Source: an uncultured Bacteroidaceae bacterium (GTDB lineage: Bacteria; Bacteroidota; Bacteroidia; Bacteroidales; GCA-2748055). Taken from it: a stretch of 64,000 nt of DNA. The stretch spans positions 12,138 to 76,137 of the forward strand of contig CAZGKF010000001.1 of assembly GCA_964526475.1 (NCBI GenBank), written 5' to 3'. A program made the translations under genes and the position numbers. The first letter of the stretch is position 1. The number at the start of each line of letters is the position of its first letter. Below, piece by piece: positions 1 through 7,841 of the stretch. The notes under the pieces are model-generated. The model did no database searches. It saw only the letters and a program-made list of their open reading frames with translations, and was not told the DNA's origin.

Positions 1-1
1 G

Positions 2-742
2 ATTACAGTTATGAGGGTGCCTGCTTATTCCCCTTATGCTGTCGCCGAACATGCGGTTGCTCTTATTTTAAGTCTTAACAGAAAGATACACAAGGCATTC
101 AACAGAGTAAGAGACAACAACTTCTCACTGGAAAGACTTGAAGGTTTTGATCTCTATGGTAAAACTGTCGGAGTTATAGGAACCGGAAATATCGGAAGTG
201 TTTTTGCAACGATTATGAGTGGGTTTGGATGTAAAATTCTTGCATATGATATCTATAAGAATCCTCAGTTAATAGATAAAGGCATAGAATATACCGATTT
301 GCCAAATCTTTTTATGAATTCCGATATTATTTCTCTTCATTGTCCTCTGAATCCCTCAACCACTCATCTGATAAACAAAAATAGTCTTGGAATGATGAAA
401 AAGGGCGCAATGCTCATAAACACCAGCCGGGGTAAACTAATCAATACCCAGGATGTGATAGAAGCACTAAAAAACAGGCATCTGGGCTATCTTGGAATTG
501 ATGTATATGCCGAAGAAGAAAAAATCTTTTTCAAAAATCTTTCAGAAAGGATTATTGATGACGAACTTATTTCAAGACTAATGACATTCCCGAATGTATT
601 GATAACTGCCCATCAGGGTTTTATGACACACGAAGCTCTTATACAAATTGCCAGGACAAGCCTGAAAAATATTCAGGATTTTTTTAAGGGAGTGAAATCT
701 GATAACGTAGTCAATTATAACAAAGTAGTATCAAAATATTAA
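2..742 (+). CDS. ldhA: D-lactate / D-isomer-specific 2-hydroxyacid dehydrogenase, 5'-partial (runs off the window start)
   Basis: The frame is open from base 2. It has an NAD-binding GVIGTGNIGSVFA motif, LINTSRGKLI, DVYAEE, and ITAHQGF with the catalytic His. Confidence 0.85.
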   Translation: MTVMRVPAYSPYAVAEHAVALILSLNRKIHKAFNRVRDNNFSLERLEGFDLYGKTVGVIGTGNIGSVFATIMSGFGCKILAYDIYKNPQLIDKGIEYTDLPNLFMNSDIISLHCPLNPSTTHLINKNSLGMMKKGAMLINTSRGKLINTQDVIEALKNRHLGYLGIDVYAEEEKIFFKNLSERIIDDELISRLMTFPNVLITAHQGFMTHEALIQIARTSLKNIQDFFKGVKSDNVVNYNKVVSKY

Positions 743-798
743 TGTCTTTATTATCTGGCAGCTTTTCCAGGACGCTTATTCTTCATGTATTATAAATC

Positions 799-1197
799 TT
801 ACTCAAAAAGACCTTCATCCCTGATAAGTAATAAAATAGCAGATTGTGGAATAATAAGTAATTTTTCTTTATTAAATTCAATTTCCCATCCGCTTTTCTG
901 AAGATAAACTGCAATGTCTCCCTCTTTTGGTTGCAAAGGAACATATTTGACATTATCATTGGAGGTTTTCCATAATTCATCAGTTTCATTTATTGCAGGA
1001 ATGGGATAACCCGGCCCCACTTTGAGAACATAACCGCTATGAATCTTTTCATTTTCTGTGACACCCGGCGGAAGATACAAACCTGATTTGGTCTGCTGCT
1101 GATTTTTGGGTTTAATCAAAATACGGTCCCCAACTACAATAAACTTCTTTAAATCCTTTTCATTGATCTCTAAACTCATACTCTCCATTTTTTGCAA
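799..1197 (-). CDS. GroES (Cpn10)-family co-chaperonin-like protein, stand-alone with no adjacent groEL
   Basis: GDRILIKP...KSGLYLP...G.VLKVGPG...GDIAVY resembles the GroES beta-barrel pattern. At 132 aa it is longer than canonical GroES. Confidence 0.55.
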   Translation of the reverse strand: MQKMESMSLEINEKDLKKFIVVGDRILIKPKNQQQTKSGLYLPPGVTENEKIHSGYVLKVGPGYPIPAINETDELWKTSNDNVKYVPLQPKEGDIAVYLQKSGWEIEFNKEKLLIIPQSAILLLIRDEGLFE

Positions 1198-1462
1198 ATT
1201 TACACTTTATATGCTAAGAGACTACCTTAAAATGTAGAATTTATTATTTGTTTTTCCGTTTTAAGGCTACTTATTATTCATATCTCTAAAAAAATACAGA
1301 ATAATCAAACCGTACATGCGGTTAAGATTAATAATTTTTAACTTTGTTAGTGAATGAGCTGTAACAAAGGAATCATTGCTTCTTCCCTGGGTGGGAAAAC
1401 TTATAATTTACAAAGAATAACAGGTGTTTAAAAAATATTTCATTTCAGGAATAATCCGGAGC

Positions 1463-3640
1463 ATGCAAAGGCTGATTTTCTTCAGCTTTTTAGTGTGCTT
1501 TATAACACAAAACTCCTTTTGTCAGTCTGATAATACCGAAAGACCAAAAATTGGTGTAGTCCTTAGTGGTGGAGGAGCAAAAGGGCTTGCCCACATTGGT
1601 TTCCTGAAGGTTATGGAAGAAGCCGGCATACGACCTGATTACATCGGGGGGACAAGTATGGGAAGTATTATAGGAGGGCTTTATGCAATTGGATATTCTG
1701 CCGATTCTCTCGAAAAAATTGCTAAAGGGATGCGATGGAACTATTACCTTACCGATGATATTCCACGCAGATATATTACCCTTGAAGAAAAAGCTGATAA
1801 TGACAGGTTTCTTCTTTCTTTTCCCATAGAAGAAAGAAGAATAGTCATTCCTTCCGGAATAGTTAACGGGCAGAATATTGAAAATATCTTAAATGTATTA
1901 TGCGCGCCTGTCCATGATGTCAGGAACTTTAATGATCTGCAAATCCCCTACCTCTGTGTTGCAACAAATATTGAAACAGGAGAGGAGGTAGTATTCAGAG
2001 AAGGTTCCCTTCCGGAAGCAATGCGCGCCAGCATGGGCATCCCAAGTGTCTTTTACCCAATAGAAATATCAGGTAAATTACTTGTTGACGGCGGAGTTGT
2101 AAATAATTTTCCTGTTAATCATGTAAAGGATATGGGAGCTGATATTATTATCGGTGTGGATGTTGGTTTTCAGTTCCATACAAAAGAAGATCTCAATTCA
2201 ATTATCAGGATTATTGAGCAAACAACTTTGTTTCTTGGTCATAGTTTAAACGAAATTAACAAAAGTCATTGCAACATTCTTATTACCCCTGAGATCAAAG
2301 ATTATTCAGCATCCAGTTTTAATGCTACAGACACCCTTATTGCACTTGGTGAAATAGCGGCCCGACAAAAATTCACGGAGATGAAAGAACTGGCTGAGAC
2401 GCTTCGTAAATATGATAACACCTATTCCCCTTCACAGAACCTCCCTATACTGGATTCAATTCTTATAAAAGAAATTAAGATAAAAGGTCTGAATAAAGTA
2501 TCGTCTAAATTAGTGTCAGGAAAATTACAACTTGAACCTATGCAAAAATATTCACCTGAAGAAATTGGAACAGCAGTGGAAAGGACATATTCCAGTCTAT
2601 ATTTTGAAAAAATATCCTGGCAGCTGGAAGTACCCGAAAGTGGCGGTACCCGGATAATTATAAATGCAACAGAGGCAAAAGGGGGTCTCTTCCGGGCCGG
2701 GTTACATTATGATACAAATTACAAAGCTGCTCTCCTGTTAAACACAACCTTCAGGAATGTTTTATTGGATGGATCTAAATTCTCAACAAACCTTTCCCTC
2801 GGCGAAAATCCATTCCTGAATATAAATTATTTCAAGAATAATGGGTGGAAACCGGGATTTGGACTTAATGCAGAAGTAAACAATTTCGATGTTTTTGCTT
2901 ACAATAATGAAGGAAGGAAAATTTCAAACCTGAGTTATACTGAAGGCAGTATTCAGCTTTACACCCAATCCATAATCAGAAATAGCCATGCCATTGGTTT
3001 TGGAACCGAGATGGAACGAACAATTCTGAAACCAAGAATTGATCCGGGATTTAATTTCGATCAGTCAAGGCAAACATTTCTCAGTTATTACGGTTTCGTG
3101 GAGCTTGATTCATATGATAATGCTTACTTTCCAAAACGAGGCGTTAAAATGAACACCGAGTTCAGGATTATAACACATAAAAATCAGCACCCTGTTCTTT
3201 TCTTTTCTGGCAGAACAAGCAAGGTCATGCGCCTTTCGCCTCGCGGATCCCTACTTCTTCATGCCTATGGAGGATTTGCTCATGGCGACTCTATCCCGTA
3301 CCAGTATTATTTTTACACCGGAGGATTAAATCCGGTTAGAAGAAATGGGATGATACCGTTTGTAGGTTTGGATTTCATGGAACGTGCCGAAAAAAATGCA
3401 CTGGTACTTAGAGCTGACCTCCAGATTGAACTGTTCAAAAACTTATATATTACTGCAAAAGCAAATGTTGGTAATCTGAAATCTGATTTCACAGAACTTT
3501 TTACCTATAATAAAATGATTGGAGGCTTCGGTCTTACTTTCAGCTACGACAGCTGGATAGGACCAATAGAATACACATTGATGAAATCAATCAACAAAAC
3601 GAGGGTTCTGAGCTTTATCAATATTGGTTACTGGTTCTGA
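1463..3640 (+). CDS. Patatin-like phospholipase fused to an Omp85/BamA-type C-terminal beta-barrel (PlpD-like, type Vd architecture)
   Basis: GGGAKGLAHIGFLKV and GTSMGS (patatin oxyanion hole and nucleophile) plus DGG. A signal peptide (MQRLIFFSFLVCFITQNSFCQ) starts at ATG 1463. The C-terminal half has alternating beta-strand character and ends in the aromatic GYWF. The ORF track starts 39 nt earlier at a GTG. Confidence 0.85.
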   Translation: MQRLIFFSFLVCFITQNSFCQSDNTERPKIGVVLSGGGAKGLAHIGFLKVMEEAGIRPDYIGGTSMGSIIGGLYAIGYSADSLEKIAKGMRWNYYLTDDIPRRYITLEEKADNDRFLLSFPIEERRIVIPSGIVNGQNIENILNVLCAPVHDVRNFNDLQIPYLCVATNIETGEEVVFREGSLPEAMRASMGIPSVFYPIEISGKLLVDGGVVNNFPVNHVKDMGADIIIGVDVGFQFHTKEDLNSIIRIIEQTTLFLGHSLNEINKSHCNILITPEIKDYSASSFNATDTLIALGEIAARQKFTEMKELAETLRKYDNTYSPSQNLPILDSILIKEIKIKGLNKVSSKLVSGKLQLEPMQKYSPEEIGTAVERTYSSLYFEKISWQLEVPESGGTRIIINATEAKGGLFRAGLHYDTNYKAALLLNTTFRNVLLDGSKFSTNLSLGENPFLNINYFKNNGWKPGFGLNAEVNNFDVFAYNNEGRKISNLSYTEGSIQLYTQSIIRNSHAIGFGTEMERTILKPRIDPGFNFDQSRQTFLSYYGFVELDSYDNAYFPKRGVKMNTEFRIITHKNQHPVLFFSGRTSKVMRLSPRGSLLLHAYGGFAHGDSIPYQYYFYTGGLNPVRRNGMIPFVGLDFMERAEKNALVLRADLQIELFKNLYITAKANVGNLKSDFTELFTYNKMIGGFGLTFSYDSWIGPIEYTLMKSINKTRVLSFINIGYWF

Positions 3641-3669
3641 GGTTATAAAGTTTTATCAATTACAAAACA

Positions 3670-3873
3670 TTGCTTTTCCCCACCGATCCTGTGGCAATAG
3701 ATAGAATTGGATATGATATAATACTTAAAAAGCGTATGGAAGAAGGTATACAGGAAGAAGAAGTTACGACAGCAAGGAGATTTATGGAGCTTGCAGAAAA
3801 TTTAAAACTGGGAATTGCTGAATTCTGTAAAATTATGGTAAAAAAATCGAATTGTAATAAATTATGTTTTTAA
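3670..3873 (+). pseudogene. C-terminal remnant of a DUF362-like protein
   Basis: The 67-aa ORF has a TTG start. TDPVAIDRIGYDII...LAENLKLGIAE resembles the extreme C-terminus of roughly 400-aa DUF362 proteins. No N-terminal part is present. Confidence 0.4.
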
Positions 3874-3905
3874 CCTGTTGTAATAAATTCTTTAATTAAG
3901 AAAAC

Positions 3906-4715
3906 ATGACAAACATTGGTAAATTCTCTCTTGTCTTATTTATCATTTTTAGTGCAGAATGTCTCCATGCACAAACAGAAATTGCATTTCCGGATTTCAG
4001 CCATTCTGATATCAAAAAAGTAAAGGAAAAAGTGTTCACGGGAGAAACACTCTTCGGGCATATTAATGGTGGTGCAGAATTATATTTTGAATATGGTTTT
4101 AATAATCTCACATACAGAGAATACCATTCCACAGTTGCGAGATATGTTATTGAAGTATATAATATGCAGGATGCTGCTGCTGCTTTTGGGATTTTCTCTC
4201 TTAAGAAATACAGATGCATTGAAATGCAAGGGCCTACACCACACTATTGTGAAACAGGGCATCAGATATTGCTTGGCAAAGGGAATTATTTCATTTCGAT
4301 AGCTATGGCTAAAAGTTCGGAAAAAGAGAAAGCCCAGGCAAGGGAAATAGCAAATCTCTTAATTTCAAACATACCTGAAAACCTTGATTTCAATCCTTCA
4401 AATGTATATGGATATAATTCACAGGAAAAGGACTTCCGGTTATTCAGGGGAAAGCTTGGTTTTCAGAATGGATTGCTTGAATGGGAGCAATTACTGGAAG
4501 GTTATAATAATTATACCTGTCTGCATTTTAGGGAGAAAAATCCTTCTCCCTCTGAAAATTTTTATGTTGAATTCTCTACAGAGAGCGAGGTAATTGACTT
4601 TATGAAAAAAGCGATTTTGGAAAACAGAATTAAAAGTACCGGGGATAAAAAACAAAAATGGGATATTGATGTAAGGGGAAATAAAGCATGGTTTAAGATA
4701 CTTCCCTCTGAATAA
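3906..4715 (+). CDS. Hypothetical secreted protein
   Basis: Clean 269-aa ORF with an N-terminal signal peptide (FSLVLFIIFSAECLHAQ). I recognise no family. Confidence 0.6.
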   Translation: MTNIGKFSLVLFIIFSAECLHAQTEIAFPDFSHSDIKKVKEKVFTGETLFGHINGGAELYFEYGFNNLTYREYHSTVARYVIEVYNMQDAAAAFGIFSLKKYRCIEMQGPTPHYCETGHQILLGKGNYFISIAMAKSSEKEKAQAREIANLLISNIPENLDFNPSNVYGYNSQEKDFRLFRGKLGFQNGLLEWEQLLEGYNNYTCLHFREKNPSPSENFYVEFSTESEVIDFMKKAILENRIKSTGDKKQKWDIDVRGNKAWFKILPSE

Positions 4716-4905
4716 TAAAATTTAATTAATCTGCTCGTATCAGATATCAGCTTATTCTGCATTGGCTATATCAAAATGTAAATCTGAAGTTAATTGACTA
4801 TAAATTGGCCACTTATAGGAAATAATGCCCGTTTATATAGTTTTTTTACAGTTTATAGTATATTTCAGAGATTTTCGGAATAAACATATACACCATTCTA
4901 AGATG

Positions 4906-5880
4906 TCAGGTTTTTTTCTTATCCATATTAAATGAATCTTTTGCCCAGTTTAATGGGTTATTTATAATGTATTGCTGAATTCTGTAAAATTCCTTTTCAT
5001 TCCTGATGATATGGTCATGAAATCGTAATTGCCAGCGTGATATGCCTGGGGTATTGTCCATTTCGTTCATTCGCCTGGATGAGAATGTTTTTAACGCACG
5101 GACAAATTCAAATATTCCGTGACGTGATTGCGATTGTTTTGAATCCAATGGTGTGGGCGTGGGTGGGGGTGGGGGTGGGTGTAGGGATTGGAACGGGAAC
5201 GTTTGGGGGGACGGATTTGGATTCGGATTTGGATTCGGATTTGGATTCGGATTTGGATTCGTAGAGACGGGTTTGAAACCCGTCTCTACAAACCCATCAC
5301 GCCGATCAAACCCATCCCGCCGATCAAACCCATCCCGCCGATCAAACCCATCACGCCGATCAAACCCATCACGCCGATCAAACCCATCACGCCGATCCAT
5401 ATCATCCCAACGATCCATTCCATCACGCCGATCCATATCATCCCAACGATCCATTCCATCCCGCCGATCAAACCCATCACGCCGGTCCATTTCCCGCCGG
5501 TCCATTTCCCGCCGATCCATTTCCCGCGGGTTTATTTCCCGCCAATCCATCCCATCCCGCCGATCCATTTCGTCCCATTCATTAACAATGGTATTGATTT
5601 TTTGGTGCGAATTATCAATAATCATTATTCCATGAATATGGTTTGGCATTATTATAAATGTATCCAATTGCAGATTGCGGTAATGATTTATCAGATCGAA
5701 CCAACAGTGTTCTACAATATGTCCATATTCATTCAAAATCATTTTCCCTTTTTCAATTTCCCCCAGAAACGGTACACGGTTCCTGGTGCAAATGGTAATA
5801 AAATATCGTCCGTCAGATGTGTAATCCCAATGCTGCAACCGGGTGGTCTCAATTCGATATTTATTTTTAAACAAGGTCAT
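4906..5880 (-). CDS. IS200/IS605-superfamily HUH/Y1 transposase-like protein (RAYT-like, COG1943 type) with a large low-complexity insertion
   Basis: The N-terminus reads YFITICTRNR...IMPNHIHGIMII, which contains the HUH motif. The C-terminus reads WQLRFHDHIIRNEKEFYRIQQYIINNP. The middle 140 aa or so is DRRDGF/DRREM, NP and P/T repeats. Confidence 0.75.
   Translation of the reverse strand: MTLFKNKYRIETTRLQHWDYTSDGRYFITICTRNRVPFLGEIEKGKMILNEYGHIVEHCWFDLINHYRNLQLDTFIIMPNHIHGIMIIDNSHQKINTIVNEWDEMDRRDGMDWREINPREMDRREMDRREMDRRDGFDRRDGMDRWDDMDRRDGMDRWDDMDRRDGFDRRDGFDRRDGFDRRDGFDRRDGFDRRDGFVETGFKPVSTNPNPNPNPNPNPNPNPSPQTFPFQSLHPPPPPPTPTPLDSKQSQSRHGIFEFVRALKTFSSRRMNEMDNTPGISRWQLRFHDHIIRNEKEFYRIQQYIINNPLNWAKDSFNMDKKKT
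5151..5580. repeat. In-frame microsatellite block inside the RAYT-like gene
   Basis: G-rich run at 5151-5186 (poly-Pro/Thr on the minus strand). Eight GGATTT/GGATTC hexamers at 5213-5260 (the Asn-Pro dipeptide repeat). About 17 units of 18 or 15 nt at 5290-5580 (AAACCCATCACGCCGATC and variants, encoding DRRDGF/DRREM). Confidence 0.9.
5261..5289. repeat. Perfect 29-nt palindrome (14-bp arms) between the two microsatellite arrays
   Basis: GTAGAGACGGGTTT-G-AAACCCGTCTCTAC. It encodes VETGFKPVST on the minus strand. Confidence 0.95.
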
Positions 5881-6040
5881 ATCTCTCCACTAAATGCTTT
5901 TTCCAAAATGATAGTTTTTTTTTGAATTTTGCAAATTTAAATGATTTTTTCAGAGAAATTAACAGGGGAGCTCAGTGATCCCTCTGGATCAGGATTACTT
6001 CGCTGCGCTCAGTGATCCCTGGGGGGGAGAAGCTGATCAC

Positions 6041-6154
6041 CCGGCAAAAAACCCTTCGGGCTCCTTTTGTTTTATGCCAGCCCAGCGCTTATGCTGCGCA
6101 TTGCGCTGGGCTGGCATAAAACAAAAGACCCGCTTACGCGGGTTTTTTTGCCGG
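6041..6154. repeat. GC-rich nested palindrome cluster abutting the tRNA-Ser 3' end
   Basis: The outer arms are CCGGCAAAAAACCC (6041-6054) and GGGTTTTTTTGCCGG (6140-6154). The inner hairpin has a perfect 25-bp stem, 6064-6088 pairing with 6103-6127. A small hairpin, CCCGC-TTAC-GCGGG, lies at 6129-6142. Confidence 0.85.
6117..6142 (-). terminator. Likely intrinsic terminator of tRNA-Ser
   Basis: On the minus strand CCCGCGTAAGCGGG is followed by TCTTTTGTTTT, starting 14 nt after the tRNA CCA end. Confidence 0.6.
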
Positions 6155-6155
6155 G

Positions 6156-6243
6156 TGGCGGAGGAAGAGGGATTCGAACCCCCGGTACCTGACGGTACAA
6201 CGGTTTTCAAGACCGCCGCATTCGACCACTCTGCCATTCCTCC
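6156..6243 (-). tRNA. tRNA-Ser (anticodon UGA), CCA encoded
   Basis: The reverse complement reads GGAGGAATGGCAGAGTGGTCGAATGCGGCGGTCTTGAAAACCGTTGTACCGTCAGGTACCGGGGGTTCGAATCCCTCTTCCTCCGCCA. The 7-bp acceptor stem is GGAGGAA/TTCCTCC, the anticodon loop is CT-TGA-AA, there is a long variable arm, and the T-loop is GGTTCGAATCC. Confidence 0.95.
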
Positions 6244-6424
6244 GGGCGCAAAAATAATACTTTTTTTGGTTCCTTTATTGTTATCAACGAATATATCATC
6301 GTAAAAAAAGTATAAATTTCAAATAAAAAATTCACTGAAAAACCACATTTATAGCCTATTTCACAGGTATTAACACTAAAAAATCTATATTTTATCAACA
6401 AAATCGCATTTTTTTTGCTGTAAA

Positions 6425-6455
6425 TTTGCTACACATAAGAAATACTCTATATTTG
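6425..6455 (+). promoter_or_regulatory. Candidate Bacteroidota-type promoter for the HU gene
   Basis: TTTG at 6425-6428 and TATATTTG at 6448-6455, which fits TAnnTTTG. The two boxes are separated by 19 nt, and the second lies 47 nt upstream of the ATG. Confidence 0.35.
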
Positions 6456-6501
6456 TAGATAGTTTGACACTTTAGAATTATTAACCCAAAATTTTTTTAT
6501 T

Positions 6502-6774
6502 ATGAACAAAGCTCAAATTATTGATGCAATCGCTGCTGAAGCTAAACTCACGAAAGCTGATGCTAAAAGAGCCCTCGACGCTTTTGTTAAAACAACCACT
6601 GGTGCCCTTAAAAAGGGTGATCGCGTCGCTTTGGTAGGTTTTGGATCATTTTCAGTTTCAAAAAGAAATTCCAGAACTGGAAGAAACCCGCAAACTGGTA
6701 AACCTATTACAATTAGTGCTAAAAAAGTTGTAAAATTTAAAGCTGGTAGTGAATTAGCTGGTGCAGTTAATTAA
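6502..6774 (+). CDS. hup: HU-family DNA-binding protein
   Basis: At 90 aa it is full length. It has [11 protein letters not shown]..., GFGSFSV..R..R.GRNPQTG and KFKAG, the typical HU fold signature. Confidence 0.95.
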   Translation: MNKAQIIDAIAAEAKLTKADAKRALDAFVKTTTGALKKGDRVALVGFGSFSVSKRNSRTGRNPQTGKPITISAKKVVKFKAGSELAGAVN

Positions 6775-6790
6775 AGATATGGTATCTTTT

Positions 6791-6824
6791 AAAAAAAGCT
6801 GTCCTTCCCAGGGCAGCTTTTTTT
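6791..6824 (+). terminator. Rho-independent (bidirectional-looking) terminator after the HU gene
   Basis: AAAAAAAGCTGTCC-TTCCCA-GGGCAGCTTTTTTT. The 8-bp stem includes one G-U pair and is flanked by an A-run and a T-run. Confidence 0.8.
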
Positions 6825-7109
6825 ATTTGCTTTCAACCCTAAACACCTGTAAAACTATCACTGGTTCTATTATATTCACTAACTCAGAAACCTCATAACT
6901 ACATCTGATCCTGGTAAAAAACTGATCAGGAAGAAACAGATGAAATACTTTTAATTCGTGTGAGAAAATCACTAAAGAGAATTAATAAAAAATCCGGATT
7001 ATAAAAATTTATATTAGTTATTAAATTTTATAGATATTTTCTTATCTTTGATAAAATAATAAAAATAGGTGATAAGATATATTTTTTCTATGATTAACCC
7101 TAATTTAGA

Positions 7110-7817
7110 ATGAATTGTATTATTATTGATGACGATAAACTCTCCAGAAGAATCCTCGAAGAATTCATCAGAAAAAGTGATGGCTTAGCTTTGAAGGAAT
7201 CATTTTCTGATGCTGTGGAAGCTATCAATTATCTCCAGCATGATAATAATATTCATCTTATTTTTCTAGATATTGAAATGCCTGAAATGAGTGGAATCGA
7301 CTTCCTTCACTCGCTTAGTAATCCTCCTCAGATAATAATTGTTTCATCAAAAGAAAAGTATGCTCTTGATGCTTTTGATTGCGATGTTACAGATTATCTT
7401 CTGAAACCTATTTCTTACAGCAGGTTTTTTAAAGCCATTGACCGGGCAATAAATAGATTTGAGAAGAATAAATCAAATATGATTGGGAAGGATGAAATTT
7501 TTATTAAGAAAAATTCCTGCCTTGTGCGATTAAAATATGATGAGATTTTATGGGTTGAAGCACTCGAAAATTATGTGATCTTTAATACTTTTAAGGAAAA
7601 ATATACTATCCATTTTACAATGAAAGCAATAGAACAAAAACTTCCTGCCAACAAATTCACCCGTGTTCACAGATCGTTCATTGTAAATACAGGATGTATT
7701 AATATCATTGAAGATAATTCTGTTATTATTAATACGGATGAAGGCACAAAAAATATTCCTATCGGGAAATCATACAAAGAAAAATTAATGAAGGATATTA
7801 ATCTGATCATTAAATAA
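7110..7817 (+). CDS. LytTR-family response regulator (orphan; no adjacent histidine kinase)
   Basis: The receiver domain reads IIIDDD...LIFLDIEMPEMSG...LLKP. The C-terminal LytTR domain reads F.RVHRSFIVN. Confidence 0.9.
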   Translation: MNCIIIDDDKLSRRILEEFIRKSDGLALKESFSDAVEAINYLQHDNNIHLIFLDIEMPEMSGIDFLHSLSNPPQIIIVSSKEKYALDAFDCDVTDYLLKPISYSRFFKAIDRAINRFEKNKSNMIGKDEIFIKKNSCLVRLKYDEILWVEALENYVIFNTFKEKYTIHFTMKAIEQKLPANKFTRVHRSFIVNTGCINIIEDNSVIINTDEGTKNIPIGKSYKEKLMKDINLIIK

Positions 7818-7841
7818 ATTATTCTTCCTTTTTTTACCCCA

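Noticed and set aside
5261-5289. GTAGAGACGGG... resembles the start of a human Alu segment (GTAGAGACGGGGTTTCAC), raising the question of contamination.
   Set aside because: The similarity covers only about 15 nt. The sequence is a perfect palindrome embedded in frame in a bacterial gene, and the flanks are unrelated to Alu.
5290-5580. Possible CRISPR array, because of the regular 15-18 nt repeats.
   Set aside because: The units are contiguous with no spacers, far shorter than CRISPR repeats, and lie in frame inside a CDS. No cas genes are present in the window.
5037-5925. Four extra ORF-track calls (5037-5264+, 5153-5635+, 5188-5925+, 5286-5480-) overlapping the RAYT-like gene.
   Set aside because: They are translations of stop-free microsatellites (poly-GF, SNPSRR, IKPITP and similar). 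None has a family signature, whereas the minus-strand frame carries the HUH and C-terminal RAYT motifs.
5975-6401. ORFs 5975-6304(+), 6037-6237(-) and 6207-6401(-).
   Set aside because: They run through the tRNA-Ser gene and the GC-rich hairpins. The palindromes produce mirror-image peptides ([11 protein letters not shown] on both strands), so these are artefacts.
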